Virus genome (UHGV): UHGV-1646100
Direction: 5' to 3' (one strand)
Length of the DNA: 15,527 nt
DNA from: a virus
The translations under genes were made by a program, and so were the position numbers. This document shows positions 1 to 6,701 of the stretch, one piece after another (within the stretch, counting starts at the first letter, position 1; each line of letters starts with the position of its first letter). The notes under the pieces are model-generated. The model worked only from the letters and a program-made list of their open reading frames with translations, searched no databases and was not told where the DNA came from.

Positions 1-81
1 ATCTTCGGGAGCAAATCCACAGCAAATTGCCACTCGCTTGTTAATTTCAAAATCACTTAACTGTGAATAATCCATTGTCAT
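1..81 (-). CDS. nin-region hypothetical protein, N-terminal part only (gene continues beyond window start)
   Basis: Minus-strand ATG at 79-81 overlaps the ninE stop (ATGA). Translation begins [27 protein letters not shown] and runs off the window edge. Confidence 0.45.
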   Translation of the reverse strand, partial: MTMDYSQLSDFEINKRVAICCGFAPED

Positions 82-254
82 TTCCTCGCACGATATCTTA
101 GCCACCGGATATCCCACAGGTGGGCTGTGTAATTGAAGGTTTTTACGTCAGATTCTTTTGGGATTAGCTTGCGTTTATTTCTGGAGCGTTTCGTTGGAAG
201 GTATTTGCAGTTTTCGCAGATTATGTCGGTGATGCTTCGTCGCTGTCGTCTCAT
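78..254 (-). CDS. ninE: NinE-like protein
   Basis: ORF 78..344 contains [29 protein letters not shown]..., which I recognise as lambda NinE. Start chosen at the internal Met at 252-254, which overlaps the upstream gene stop (ATGA). Confidence 0.8.
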   Translation of the reverse strand: MRRQRRSITDIICENCKYLPTKRSRNKRKLIPKESDVKTFNYTAHLWDIRWLRYRARK

Positions 255-778
255 GCAGCCCTCCTGACGCCCTGCCCGATCGCCATCAATGCCGCTTTGG
301 ATACGGTAGTAAACATCCGTCGAGGACTGATGAACGGTCGCCAAATCAGCAGCATGGAGCCTTTGCTGTTTCCCTTCTTCTCCAGCCCTGTCGATGGTTC
401 GATAAAATTAATCCGTCCATCAGTGATAATACGAACTTCGTCAACACTCTCCAGAGCCTTGCTGAACCATCCGACAGACATATCCTCTGGCACAAGCATC
501 ACTACCGTCTGTCGCTGTTGTATACACTGCTCAGCGGCTTTTTCCACCCACGGCCTGATATTGCTGTACGGTGGGTTATTCCAGATTGCACCGTGGCTTA
601 CCCACTCAGAATTGAGCGCGTCGTCGTCCTCAGTTAGCCAGTGAGCGCACAGAGCATTTTTGTCGCTCGCTGCCGAATCCAGCCAGAATCCAAACTCAAT
701 ATCCAGTGCATCAAAAAGCCAAAGCGGCGTTTGCCAGCAGTCCTTGTCGTGTGCTGGCGTATTTGATTTGATAGTCAT
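251..778 (-). CDS. phage DNA N6-adenine methyltransferase (Dam-type)
   Basis: ORF 251..838. Carries the NPPY motif typical of N6-adenine methyltransferases (…[14 protein letters not shown]…). Start placed at MTIKSN (ATG 776-778) because it overlaps the ninB stop (ATGA); the ORF could instead start at 838. Confidence 0.75.
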   Translation of the reverse strand: MTIKSNTPAHDKDCWQTPLWLFDALDIEFGFWLDSAASDKNALCAHWLTEDDDALNSEWVSHGAIWNNPPYSNIRPWVEKAAEQCIQQRQTVVMLVPEDMSVGWFSKALESVDEVRIITDGRINFIEPSTGLEKKGNSKGSMLLIWRPFISPRRMFTTVSKAALMAIGQGVRRAA

Positions 779-1215
779 GCAGCCCGATCTCCCCATCGCG
801 CTTTCCATTCGAGAGCCAGTCGCGCTTCGTCTGACCACTTAACGCCACGCTCTGTACCGAATGCCTGTATAAGCTCTAATAGCTCCGCAAATTCGCTTAC
901 ACGCATCCTGCTGGTTGACTGGCCTATTACCACAAAGCCATTCCCGGCAAGGTTAGGAACAACATCCTGCTGCTTTAATGCTGCGGTAAACACACACTTC
1001 CAGCTTTCTGCATCCAGCCAGCGACCATGCCATTCAACCTGACGAGAGACGTCACCTAAGCAGGCCCATAGCTTCCTGTTTTGGTCTAAGCTGCGGTTGC
1101 GTTCCTGAATGGTTACTACGATTGGTTTGGTTGGGTCTGGAAGGATTTGCTGTACTGCGTGAATAGCGTTTTGCTGATGTGCCGGAGATCGAATTTCAAA
1201 GGTTAGTTTTTTCAT
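775..1215 (-). CDS. ninB: NinB (Orf) recombination protein
   Basis: MKKLTFEIRSPAHQQNAIHAVQQILPDPTKPIVVTIQERNRSLDQNRKLW... matches lambda NinB as I remember it. Start at the internal Met (146 aa), preceded by GGAG. Confidence 0.9.
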   Translation of the reverse strand: MKKLTFEIRSPAHQQNAIHAVQQILPDPTKPIVVTIQERNRSLDQNRKLWACLGDVSRQVEWHGRWLDAESWKCVFTAALKQQDVVPNLAGNGFVVIGQSTSRMRVSEFAELLELIQAFGTERGVKWSDEARLALEWKARWGDRAA

Positions 1216-1230
1216 GACTTCCCTCTCCCC

Positions 1231-1263
1231 CAAATAAAAAGGCCTGCGATTACCTGCAGGCCT
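1231..1263 (-). terminator. rho-independent terminator between ren and ninB (tR2-like)
   Basis: 8-bp inverted repeat aggcctgc/gcaggcct (1240-1247 and 1256-1263) with an 8-nt loop, followed on the minus strand by a U-rich run (plus strand caaataaaaa, 1231-1240). Confidence 0.7.
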
Positions 1264-1288
1264 GTTATTAGCTCAGTGATGTAGATGG

Positions 1289-1579
1289 TCATCTTTTAAC
1301 TCCATATACCGCCAATATCCGTTTCATCGTGGCACTCTGGCGACACTCCTTAAAAATCAGGTTCGTGCTCATCTTTCCTTCCCGTTCTTCCTTGGTAGCA
1401 AACCGGTAATACACCGTTCGCCAGACCTTACCTTCGATAACCAGAAGACCTGCCCGTGCCATTTTAGCCGCGGCCTGATTTATGCTGGTTACTGTTGCGC
1501 CTGTTAGCGCGGCAACGTCCGGCGCACAGAAGCTATTATGCGTCCCCAGGTAATGAATAATTGCCTCTTTGCCCGTCAT
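1289..1579 (-). CDS. ren: Ren protein
   Basis: 96-aa ORF MTGKEAIIHYLGTHNSFCAPDVAALTGATVTSINQAAAKMARAGLLVIEGK... recognised as lambda Ren. Start overlaps the P stop. Confidence 0.9.
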   Translation of the reverse strand: MTGKEAIIHYLGTHNSFCAPDVAALTGATVTSINQAAAKMARAGLLVIEGKVWRTVYYRFATKEEREGKMSTNLIFKECRQSATMKRILAVYGVKR

Positions 1580-2277
1580 ACACTTGCTCCTTTCAGTCCT
1601 AACTTAGCTTTAATTTCTGCGATCTTCGCCAGCGCCTGAACACGATTTAGAGGTCTGCCGCCCATGACAGGAAGTTGTTTTACTGGTTCAGGTATCGTCT
1701 CACCACGGTTAATTCGCGCTGTCATACAGGTCAGTTCATCGGCAGCCTTGCGTCGTAATTCCGCGTCAGTCAGCGCATTGGCCCGCATGTTCTGGTACAG
1801 GTTGGTAACCAGCCAGTAGTGCGCGTTCGATTTCCACGGATAAGACTCTGCATCCGGATACAGGCCTCGCTTCCGGCAATACTCGTAAACCATATCAACC
1901 AGCTCGCTGACGTTTGGCAGTCCGGCGATAACGGATGCTTCTTCCCGGCACCATGCAACAAACTGCCCGGGTGATGGCAGAAATGGTCGATTCTGCCGAC
2001 GGGCTACGCGCATTCCTGCGTTAACCTGTTCCATTGTGGTGATCCCGTTTTCCCGGAAAGCCAGAACCCACTGGCGGCGGATTTCGTTCAGTTCGTTCTG
2101 GTCACGGTTAGCCAGACTCGCCGGGAAAGTTGCCAGTAACTGGCTGAACACACCGTTGATGATCTGCGCTACCTGCTGTACCTGCGGCTTTTCGTCGTAC
2201 TGTTCCGGCATGTTGTTGGCGATCCGACGCATCTGCTCACGGTCAAAATTAACCATCTGTGCGGCGATGTTTTTCAT
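1576..2277 (-). CDS. P: replication protein P (helicase loader)
   Basis: 233-aa ORF MKNIAAQMVNFDREQMRRIANNMPEQYDEKPQVQQ... recognised as lambda P. Start overlaps the O stop. Confidence 0.92.
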   Translation of the reverse strand: MKNIAAQMVNFDREQMRRIANNMPEQYDEKPQVQQVAQIINGVFSQLLATFPASLANRDQNELNEIRRQWVLAFRENGITTMEQVNAGMRVARRQNRPFLPSPGQFVAWCREEASVIAGLPNVSELVDMVYEYCRKRGLYPDAESYPWKSNAHYWLVTNLYQNMRANALTDAELRRKAADELTCMTARINRGETIPEPVKQLPVMGGRPLNRVQALAKIAEIKAKLGLKGASV

Positions 2278-3173
2278 AAATCCACCCCGTAAATCCAGTC
2301 AGTGTTTGTCAGGTCGAGTTTTGGTTTGCAGGCTGTCACACCTGCCTGTTGCTTGTTACGGTTGATTTCGAGCTGGGTCCACTTGTCGCGGAGTTTGGCC
2401 GGGCTCAGCACGTTACCGGACCAGAAGTTGTCCTGGCATGCCCAGCGGAACAGTACACACATGTCGCGATGGTTACGTCCGTCACGTTCACGCATCAGGC
2501 GGATATCGTTAGCCCACCCTGCAAAATTCGGTTTTCTGGCTGATGGCGCGATGGTCTTCACCATGTCAAACATCCATTCTGCGGCGGTCAGGTCTTCTGC
2601 TGTCCCCCACTTGCTGCCGCTCTGAATTGCAGCATCCGGTTTCACCACAGAAAGGTCGTTTTCTGGCTGGTCAGAGGATTCGCCAGAATTCTCTGACGAA
2701 TAATCTTTTCTTTTTTCTTTTGTAATAGTGTCTTTTGTGTCCCCCTGTTTTGAGGGATAGCAATCCCCCAATTTGAGGGATGTTTTATCCCTCGTTTTAG
2801 GGGATTTTCCCTCGTTTTGAGGGATACACCATTCTGAGATGTTTTTATTTGGTCCAAACATGCCGCCTTGCTGCTTGATAATATTCATTCTGACGAGTTC
2901 TAACTTGGCTTCATTGCACCGTTTGACGGGTAACTTTGTAATCTCGCTAAGTTGAGAATCGGTGATTCTGTCCATTGGTTTATTCCATCCATAGGTTTTA
3001 CGCAGAATGGCAAGCAGCACTTTAAACTGTCGCTTGGTCAGATCTGCGCCTGAATAAGCCTCAAGCAGCATATTTGATAGTCTGGCGTAACCATCATCGA
3101 GATCTGCCACATTACGCTCCTGTTTGGCAAAGTTACCTCTGCAGAAGTTGAGTATTTTTGCTGTATTTGTCAT
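2274..3173 (-). CDS. O: replication initiator protein O
   Basis: 299-aa ORF MTNTAKILNFCRGNFAKQERNVADLDDGYARLSNM... recognised as lambda O. The ori iterons lie inside the gene, as in lambda. Confidence 0.92.
   Translation of the reverse strand: MTNTAKILNFCRGNFAKQERNVADLDDGYARLSNMLLEAYSGADLTKRQFKVLLAILRKTYGWNKPMDRITDSQLSEITKLPVKRCNEAKLELVRMNIIKQQGGMFGPNKNISEWCIPQNEGKSPKTRDKTSLKLGDCYPSKQGDTKDTITKEKRKDYSSENSGESSDQPENDLSVVKPDAAIQSGSKWGTAEDLTAAEWMFDMVKTIAPSARKPNFAGWANDIRLMRERDGRNHRDMCVLFRWACQDNFWSGNVLSPAKLRDKWTQLEINRNKQQAGVTACKPKLDLTNTDWIYGVDL
2690..2828 (-). other. ori-lambda-type replication origin: four iterons plus adjacent AT-rich region
   Basis: Four ~19-bp iterons, each with internal dyad symmetry, at about 2740-2759, 2764-2782, 2787-2806 and 2808-2826 (tccccctgttttgagggata, atcccccaatttgagggatg, atccctcgttttaggggatt, tccctcgttttgagggata). 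The AT-rich stretch 2690-2737 lies on the O-downstream side. Confidence 0.85.
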
Positions 3174-3205
3174 AATGACTCCTGTGGATTGATCCAGTAA
3201 TGACC

Positions 3206-3502
3206 TCAGAATTCCATCTGGATTTGTTCAGAACGCTCGGTTGCCGCCGGGCGTTTTTTATTGGTGAGTCCATCAAGCGCATACTTAAAAGCCCTGCTAA
3301 TCGGACTGATGTCTGATGCCATTCCGAAAGCACACAAGACCGAAGCAATAAATCTCCAGTCCGTTCTGCTTATCTTCGATTCATGACAGCCAATCATCTT
3401 TGCCAGACCGCGCTGGGTAATAGCTGACAGATTGATAAGTAAATCTGTTTCTGCGCGATCAACGTCACGCTGTGATAGTTTGCTGTAACTTGTTCTTTCC
3501 AT
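3206..3502 (-). CDS. cII: CII-like transcriptional activator (chimeric: non-lambda N-terminus, lambda-type C-terminus)
   Basis: 98-aa ORF whose C-terminus …LTNKKRPAATERSEQIQMEF matches the lambda CII tail as I remember it. It sits between cro and O. The N-terminal ~75 aa differ from lambda. Confidence 0.75.
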   Translation of the reverse strand: MERTSYSKLSQRDVDRAETDLLINLSAITQRGLAKMIGCHESKISRTDWRFIASVLCAFGMASDISPISRAFKYALDGLTNKKRPAATERSEQIQMEF

Positions 3503-3587
3503 TTCTTAAGATTTCCAATAGTGAATAGTTAGTTGAAAGGTATGCGTGGAAACGCATATGGCCTTAGTTGGTCAGATATCTTGGAAC

Positions 3588-3634
3588 TCGCTTTTCAGCG
3601 ACGTAGGACGAATGTCCGTTGTTACAAAGAGCGG
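3588..3634 (-). promoter_or_regulatory. nutR-like site (boxA plus boxB hairpin) downstream of cro
   Basis: On the minus strand: GCTCTTTGTAACAACG (boxA-like), then …CTACGTCGCTGAAAAGCGAG with stem UCGCU/AGCGA and loop GAAAA. A near-identical arrangement occurs upstream of the N-like gene (6269-6314). Confidence 0.6.
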
Positions 3635-3643
3635 ATCCGCTTA

Positions 3644-3859
3644 TTAAGCGGCTTTGTGTTCCGGCGGGAACACGTCATCAAGACTGACTTTTGCGCCTAA
3701 CTTGTTTAGGCACGCAACAAGAGCACGGCATGTTTTAAGGTCTGGGAAGCGACGACCAGATTCCCAATGTCCGATAGCTCCCTGTGTGCATCCAACTGCC
3801 TTAGCAAGTGTTGTTTGAGAGATATTCAGTGACTCTCGATATTTTCGTAGGTTGCTCAT
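3644..3859 (-). CDS. cro: Cro-like HTH repressor (non-lambda specificity)
   Basis: Internal Met of ORF 3644..4030 gives a 71-aa protein MSNLRKYRESLNISQTTLAKAVGCTQGAIGHWESGRRF… with an HTH motif. It is divergent from cI, has an upstream GGAGGG, and sits directly upstream of cII/O/P. Confidence 0.8.
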   Translation of the reverse strand: MSNLRKYRESLNISQTTLAKAVGCTQGAIGHWESGRRFPDLKTCRALVACLNKLGAKVSLDDVFPPEHKAA

Positions 3860-3970
3860 ATGCCCTCCATAGTAAACACGAATAAAAAAATACAATATGT
3901 ACTTTGCGAATACAAGTAAAAATACACATTGTGCATGGATGGTTCCAGTACAGAGCGTAATAATAAGGAC
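3860..3970. promoter_or_regulatory. divergent cI/cro control region (OR operators, PR, PRM)
   Basis: Intergenic region between divergent cI and cro. Candidate PR on the minus strand: -35 TTGTAT (plus 3910-3915), 17-nt spacer, -10 TATTTT (plus 3887-3892). Operator-like motif tacaatatgtacttt (3891-3905) recurs in reverse complement at the PL region. Confidence 0.6.
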
Positions 3971-4630
3971 ATGAAAATGAAATGGTATGAACTGGCTAGA
4001 TCCAGAATGAAAGAGCTCGGCATAACTCAAGAGAAGTTAGCCGAAGAGCTAGGTATGACGCAGGGTGGGATTGGACACTGGTTGCGCGGATCTCGTCATC
4101 CATCTCTTAGTGATATTGGTGTGGTGTTTAAATACCTTGGTATTGATAACATATCATTCAACCACGACGGGACATTTTCACCTGTTGGCGAATACTCATC
4201 GGCCCCAGTTAAAAAACAATATGAGTACCCTGTTTTTTCTCATGTTCAGGCTGGGATGTTCTCTCCAGAACTCAGAACCTTTACCAAAGGCGATGCGGAG
4301 AGATTGGTAAGCACAACCAAAAAAGCCAGTGACTCTGCATTCTGGCTTGAGGTTGAAGGTAACTCAATGACCGCACCAACAGGTTCCAAACCCAGCTTTC
4401 CTGACGGGATGTTAATTCTGGTTGACCCTGAGCAAGCTGTTGAGCCCGGCGATTTCTGCATAGCCAGACTTGGTGGTGATGAATTTACCTTCAAGAAACT
4501 GATCAGGGATAGCGGTCAGGTGTTTCTACAGCCACTAAACCCACAATACCCAATGATCCCATGCAATGAGAGTTGTTCCGTTGTGGGGAAAGTTATCGCC
4601 AGCCAATGGCCTGAAGAGACGTTTGGGTGA
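3971..4630 (+). CDS. cI: CI repressor (LexA-like S24 peptidase C-terminal domain, distinct N-terminal HTH)
   Basis: ORF 3929..4630. The C-terminal half (…[26 protein letters not shown]…[90 protein letters not shown]) matches lambda CI as I remember it, including the catalytic Ser and Lys. The N-terminal HTH (…[10 protein letters not shown]…) is different. Start ATG 3971 is preceded by AAGGA. Confidence 0.85.
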   Translation: MKMKWYELARSRMKELGITQEKLAEELGMTQGGIGHWLRGSRHPSLSDIGVVFKYLGIDNISFNHDGTFSPVGEYSSAPVKKQYEYPVFSHVQAGMFSPELRTFTKGDAERLVSTTKKASDSAFWLEVEGNSMTAPTGSKPSFPDGMLILVDPEQAVEPGDFCIARLGGDEFTFKKLIRDSGQVFLQPLNPQYPMIPCNESCSVVGKVIASQWPEETFG

Positions 4631-4669
4631 TGAAACCACTTTTATCTACAATTTACAGGGCGGTAAACA

Positions 4670-5227
4670 TTGGCAAAAATAGATGATTATCAGCCAAGCC
4701 AAGTAGAAGTTGATAAAGTACTTTATTGTAAAAAAATAGTTAACTTTTCTGGCGTTAAATGGAAACAGAAACCAAGTCGCTCTGATATGTGGCTACAAGC
4801 CCATATCATCCCCTTGGATGAGGATTGTATACCTATACAAGGGCTAAAGTTTGAACTGAAATGGAAACCAGATCAGGATTCAGAACCTGATGACCCGATT
4901 TCTTACCCTAAAATAAATATTATTGCTTTCTATCATAACAAGAGGGTTTTCGCGGTAGATACCTATCACTTTGACAAACACACGAATAGTTACAAGGTCG
5001 ATCATCCGAAGTACCAAGATATCATTTACGGTGCTCACTACCATGTATACTATGAAGAAGCTGGATACTATAGTGATAGAATAGCGTTTCCAATCGAAGA
5101 TGACATAAACCCAGATGACCTGGTAGGGTATTGGAATTACTTCTGTAAACATCTGAACATAACTTACTCTGGGAGAATACCTTTACCGCTTGAAGATGAG
5201 TCGGGGCAAATGGGGTTTGGAATATGA
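4670..5227 (+). CDS. hypothetical protein, first gene of a two-gene cassette in the rexA position (function unknown)
   Basis: 185-aa ORF directly downstream of cI. No similarity to any protein I recognise. AT-rich. The start is a TTG (4670) with AGGG about 9 nt upstream; the first in-frame ATG is at 4787. The stop overlaps the next gene's ATG (ATGA). Confidence 0.6.
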   Translation: MAKIDDYQPSQVEVDKVLYCKKIVNFSGVKWKQKPSRSDMWLQAHIIPLDEDCIPIQGLKFELKWKPDQDSEPDDPISYPKINIIAFYHNKRVFAVDTYHFDKHTNSYKVDHPKYQDIIYGAHYHVYYEEAGYYSDRIAFPIEDDINPDDLVGYWNYFCKHLNITYSGRIPLPLEDESGQMGFGI

Positions 5228-5976
5228 TGTGCTCAACAGTGATCTCACAACTAGGTTTCGAATGCCATCCAATAGGCAAGACCTTGAGAATTATCAGTCC
5301 ATTCACTTACTGTGATGATGGAGAGCATGTCGGTGCCTTTATCCGTGAAGTCAATGGTAGGTATTTAGTTAGTGACAGATGCGATGCCTTAATGAATATG
5401 GAGGCAAGAGGGATCTCGCTTACCAAAAAACGACTTGATGAGATACGACAATTACTGCTTAAAGAAGGCGCAGAACTCAATGCTCGAGGAGAAATCATTG
5501 CTTGGGCAACAGAAAAGGATGTCGGTGCGATTACATCGAACATAATTAGAGCTGGTATACTCGCATCAACTTTGTCGTTAGACTGGTATCAGCCAGTTCA
5601 AGCTGAAAAGTTTGAAAGTATGGTTATTGATTATCTATATCACACAGAGCTTAGAGACGCACTTTCTCTTCGTGAAAACGTATATGGCTTGAGTGGACAT
5701 CAAATTACCGTCCCTGTAACAATAAAAACCGACATACCTAAATACGTTTTTACATCAAGCGTGAAACACGGAGGAAGCTGGAATAGTGCTTACTCATTGC
5801 TTGGGAAACTAATTGATCTTAAAGCTTCAAGTGAGGAGTATAACAACAGATTTGTTGTTATAGACAGCGAAGCAATTGGTGATCAAATGCAACAACTCTC
5901 CTTACTCTTCCATGAATCAAGCCAAGTTCTACCATTCTCCAAAAGAGAGACTTGGGTTAAGAGACTTGCAGCATAA
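5224..5976 (+). CDS. hypothetical protein, second gene of the two-gene cassette in the rexB position (function unknown)
   Basis: 250-aa ORF, translationally coupled to the upstream gene (ATGA overlap at 5224-5227) and followed by a strong terminator. No recognisable motifs such as Walker A. Confidence 0.65.
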   Translation: MMCSTVISQLGFECHPIGKTLRIISPFTYCDDGEHVGAFIREVNGRYLVSDRCDALMNMEARGISLTKKRLDEIRQLLLKEGAELNARGEIIAWATEKDVGAITSNIIRAGILASTLSLDWYQPVQAEKFESMVIDYLYHTELRDALSLRENVYGLSGHQITVPVTIKTDIPKYVFTSSVKHGGSWNSAYSLLGKLIDLKASSEEYNNRFVVIDSEAIGDQMQQLSLLFHESSQVLPFSKRETWVKRLAA

Positions 5977-5980
5977 TACA

Positions 5981-6007
5981 ACCCGGCCTCAGCGCCGGGT
6001 TTTCTTT
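5981..6007 (+). terminator. rho-independent terminator ending the cI operon
   Basis: Stem acccggc/gccgggt (5981-5987 and 5994-6000) with loop ctcagc, followed by tttcttt. Confidence 0.8.
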
Positions 6008-6187
6008 GCCTCACGTTCGCCCACCTAAAAACACATAACCAATTATATTTATTGAAAAATAAATAGATGCAACCCACTAAACCACGCAATTCTGATCTCT
6101 CCTTACATCGCCGAGGCAATACATCCACGCTAAAAAACAACACTATTAAATACAAAGCGTTATAAAAAACCACGCCAACTTACAACA

Positions 6188-6225
6188 AATTGTATTGATC
6201 TTGTAAAGTACATATCGTACTATTT
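6188..6225 (+). promoter_or_regulatory. PL-like promoter with OL operator
   Basis: -35 TTGATC (6195-6200), 17-nt spacer, -10 TACTAT (6218-6223). The operator-like motif aaagtacatatcgtac (6205-6220) shares a 15-nt core with the PR region in reverse complement. Confidence 0.55.
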
Positions 6226-6268
6226 AACCGTCAGCAGGACGCTGGAAGCCAAATGGAACAGACTGGCA

Positions 6269-6314
6269 GGCTCTTTAAACAACGTCGACTCTCGACTACG
6301 TGGCTGAAAAGCCA
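6269..6314 (+). promoter_or_regulatory. nutL-like site (boxA plus boxB hairpin)
   Basis: GGCTCTTTAAACAACG (boxA-like), then …CTACGTGGCTGAAAAGCCAG with stem UGGCU/AGCCA and loop GAAAA. Matches the nutR candidate nearly base for base. Lies upstream of the N-like gene. Confidence 0.6.
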
Positions 6315-6412
6315 GATCACCCAACCACATAAGCTGTGGGATGCAATGCCGAAGCAACCGTCTCAGGAGGAGCTTCGAGATTGCATCGCCAAAGTTTATT
6401 CGGGAGGAATCC

Positions 6413-6685
6413 ATGTCCAGAAAAACAGAATTTAAAGGCACCGCAGCTTCTCGCCGTAGAGCTCGTCGCGCAAATCTGCAAAGTCAGGAGGCGATCAGCT
6501 CCGACAAGCTACACAGGCCAACCCCTTCACGAGTGGTCTTGCAATGCAAGCTCAAACCAGCAATGAGAGCAGAAGTGATAACTCTGACAACGTTGACCAG
6601 AAAATATGAAGGTTCAACTTGTCTTCCGAACGTAGCTCTTTACGCGGCAGGCTACCGGAAATCAAAACAACTGACGGCGAGATGA
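6413..6685 (+). CDS. N: N-like transcription antitermination protein (arginine-rich motif)
   Basis: Internal Met of ORF 6341..6685, preceded by GGGAGGA. 90-aa protein MSRKTEFKGTAASRRRARRANLQ… with an N-terminal Arg-rich motif. The C-terminus …NVALYAAGYRKSKQLTAR resembles P22 gene 24-type N proteins as I remember them. Position after nutL fits. Confidence 0.75.
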   Translation: MSRKTEFKGTAASRRRARRANLQSQEAISSDKLHRPTPSRVVLQCKLKPAMRAEVITLTTLTRKYEGSTCLPNVALYAAGYRKSKQLTAR

Positions 6686-6701
6686 TAAATTCATTTGCTA
6701 A

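Noticed and set aside
251-838. 195-aa long form of the methyltransferase starting at 838
   Set aside because: It would overlap ninB by about 60 nt. The internal Met at 778 gives the ATGA stop-start coupling seen throughout this operon. The longer form is not excluded.
2690-2830. Possible CRISPR-like or tandem repeat array inside O
   Set aside because: The four repeats are contiguous ori iterons with internal dyad symmetry and an adjacent AT-rich tract, exactly at the ori-lambda position within O. There are no spacers.
3644-4030. 128-aa long form of the cro ORF ([10 protein letters not shown]…)
   Set aside because: The extension would run through the operator/promoter region and the cI start. 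The internal Met at 3859, with a GGAGGG RBS, gives a typical 71-aa Cro-sized HTH protein.
6220-6566. Small ORFs in the PL-nutL leader (6220-6441-, 6253-6435+, 6336-6566+)
   Set aside because: They overlap the nut site and N start region, and the N-like frame with its RBS explains the coding signal. The alternative frames are Arg/Ser-rich shadows.
6341-6685. 114-aa long form of the N-like ORF (MQCRSNRL…)
   Set aside because: The upstream part overlaps nutL. The internal Met at 6413 has a GGGAGGA RBS and gives an N-sized protein beginning with the arginine-rich motif.
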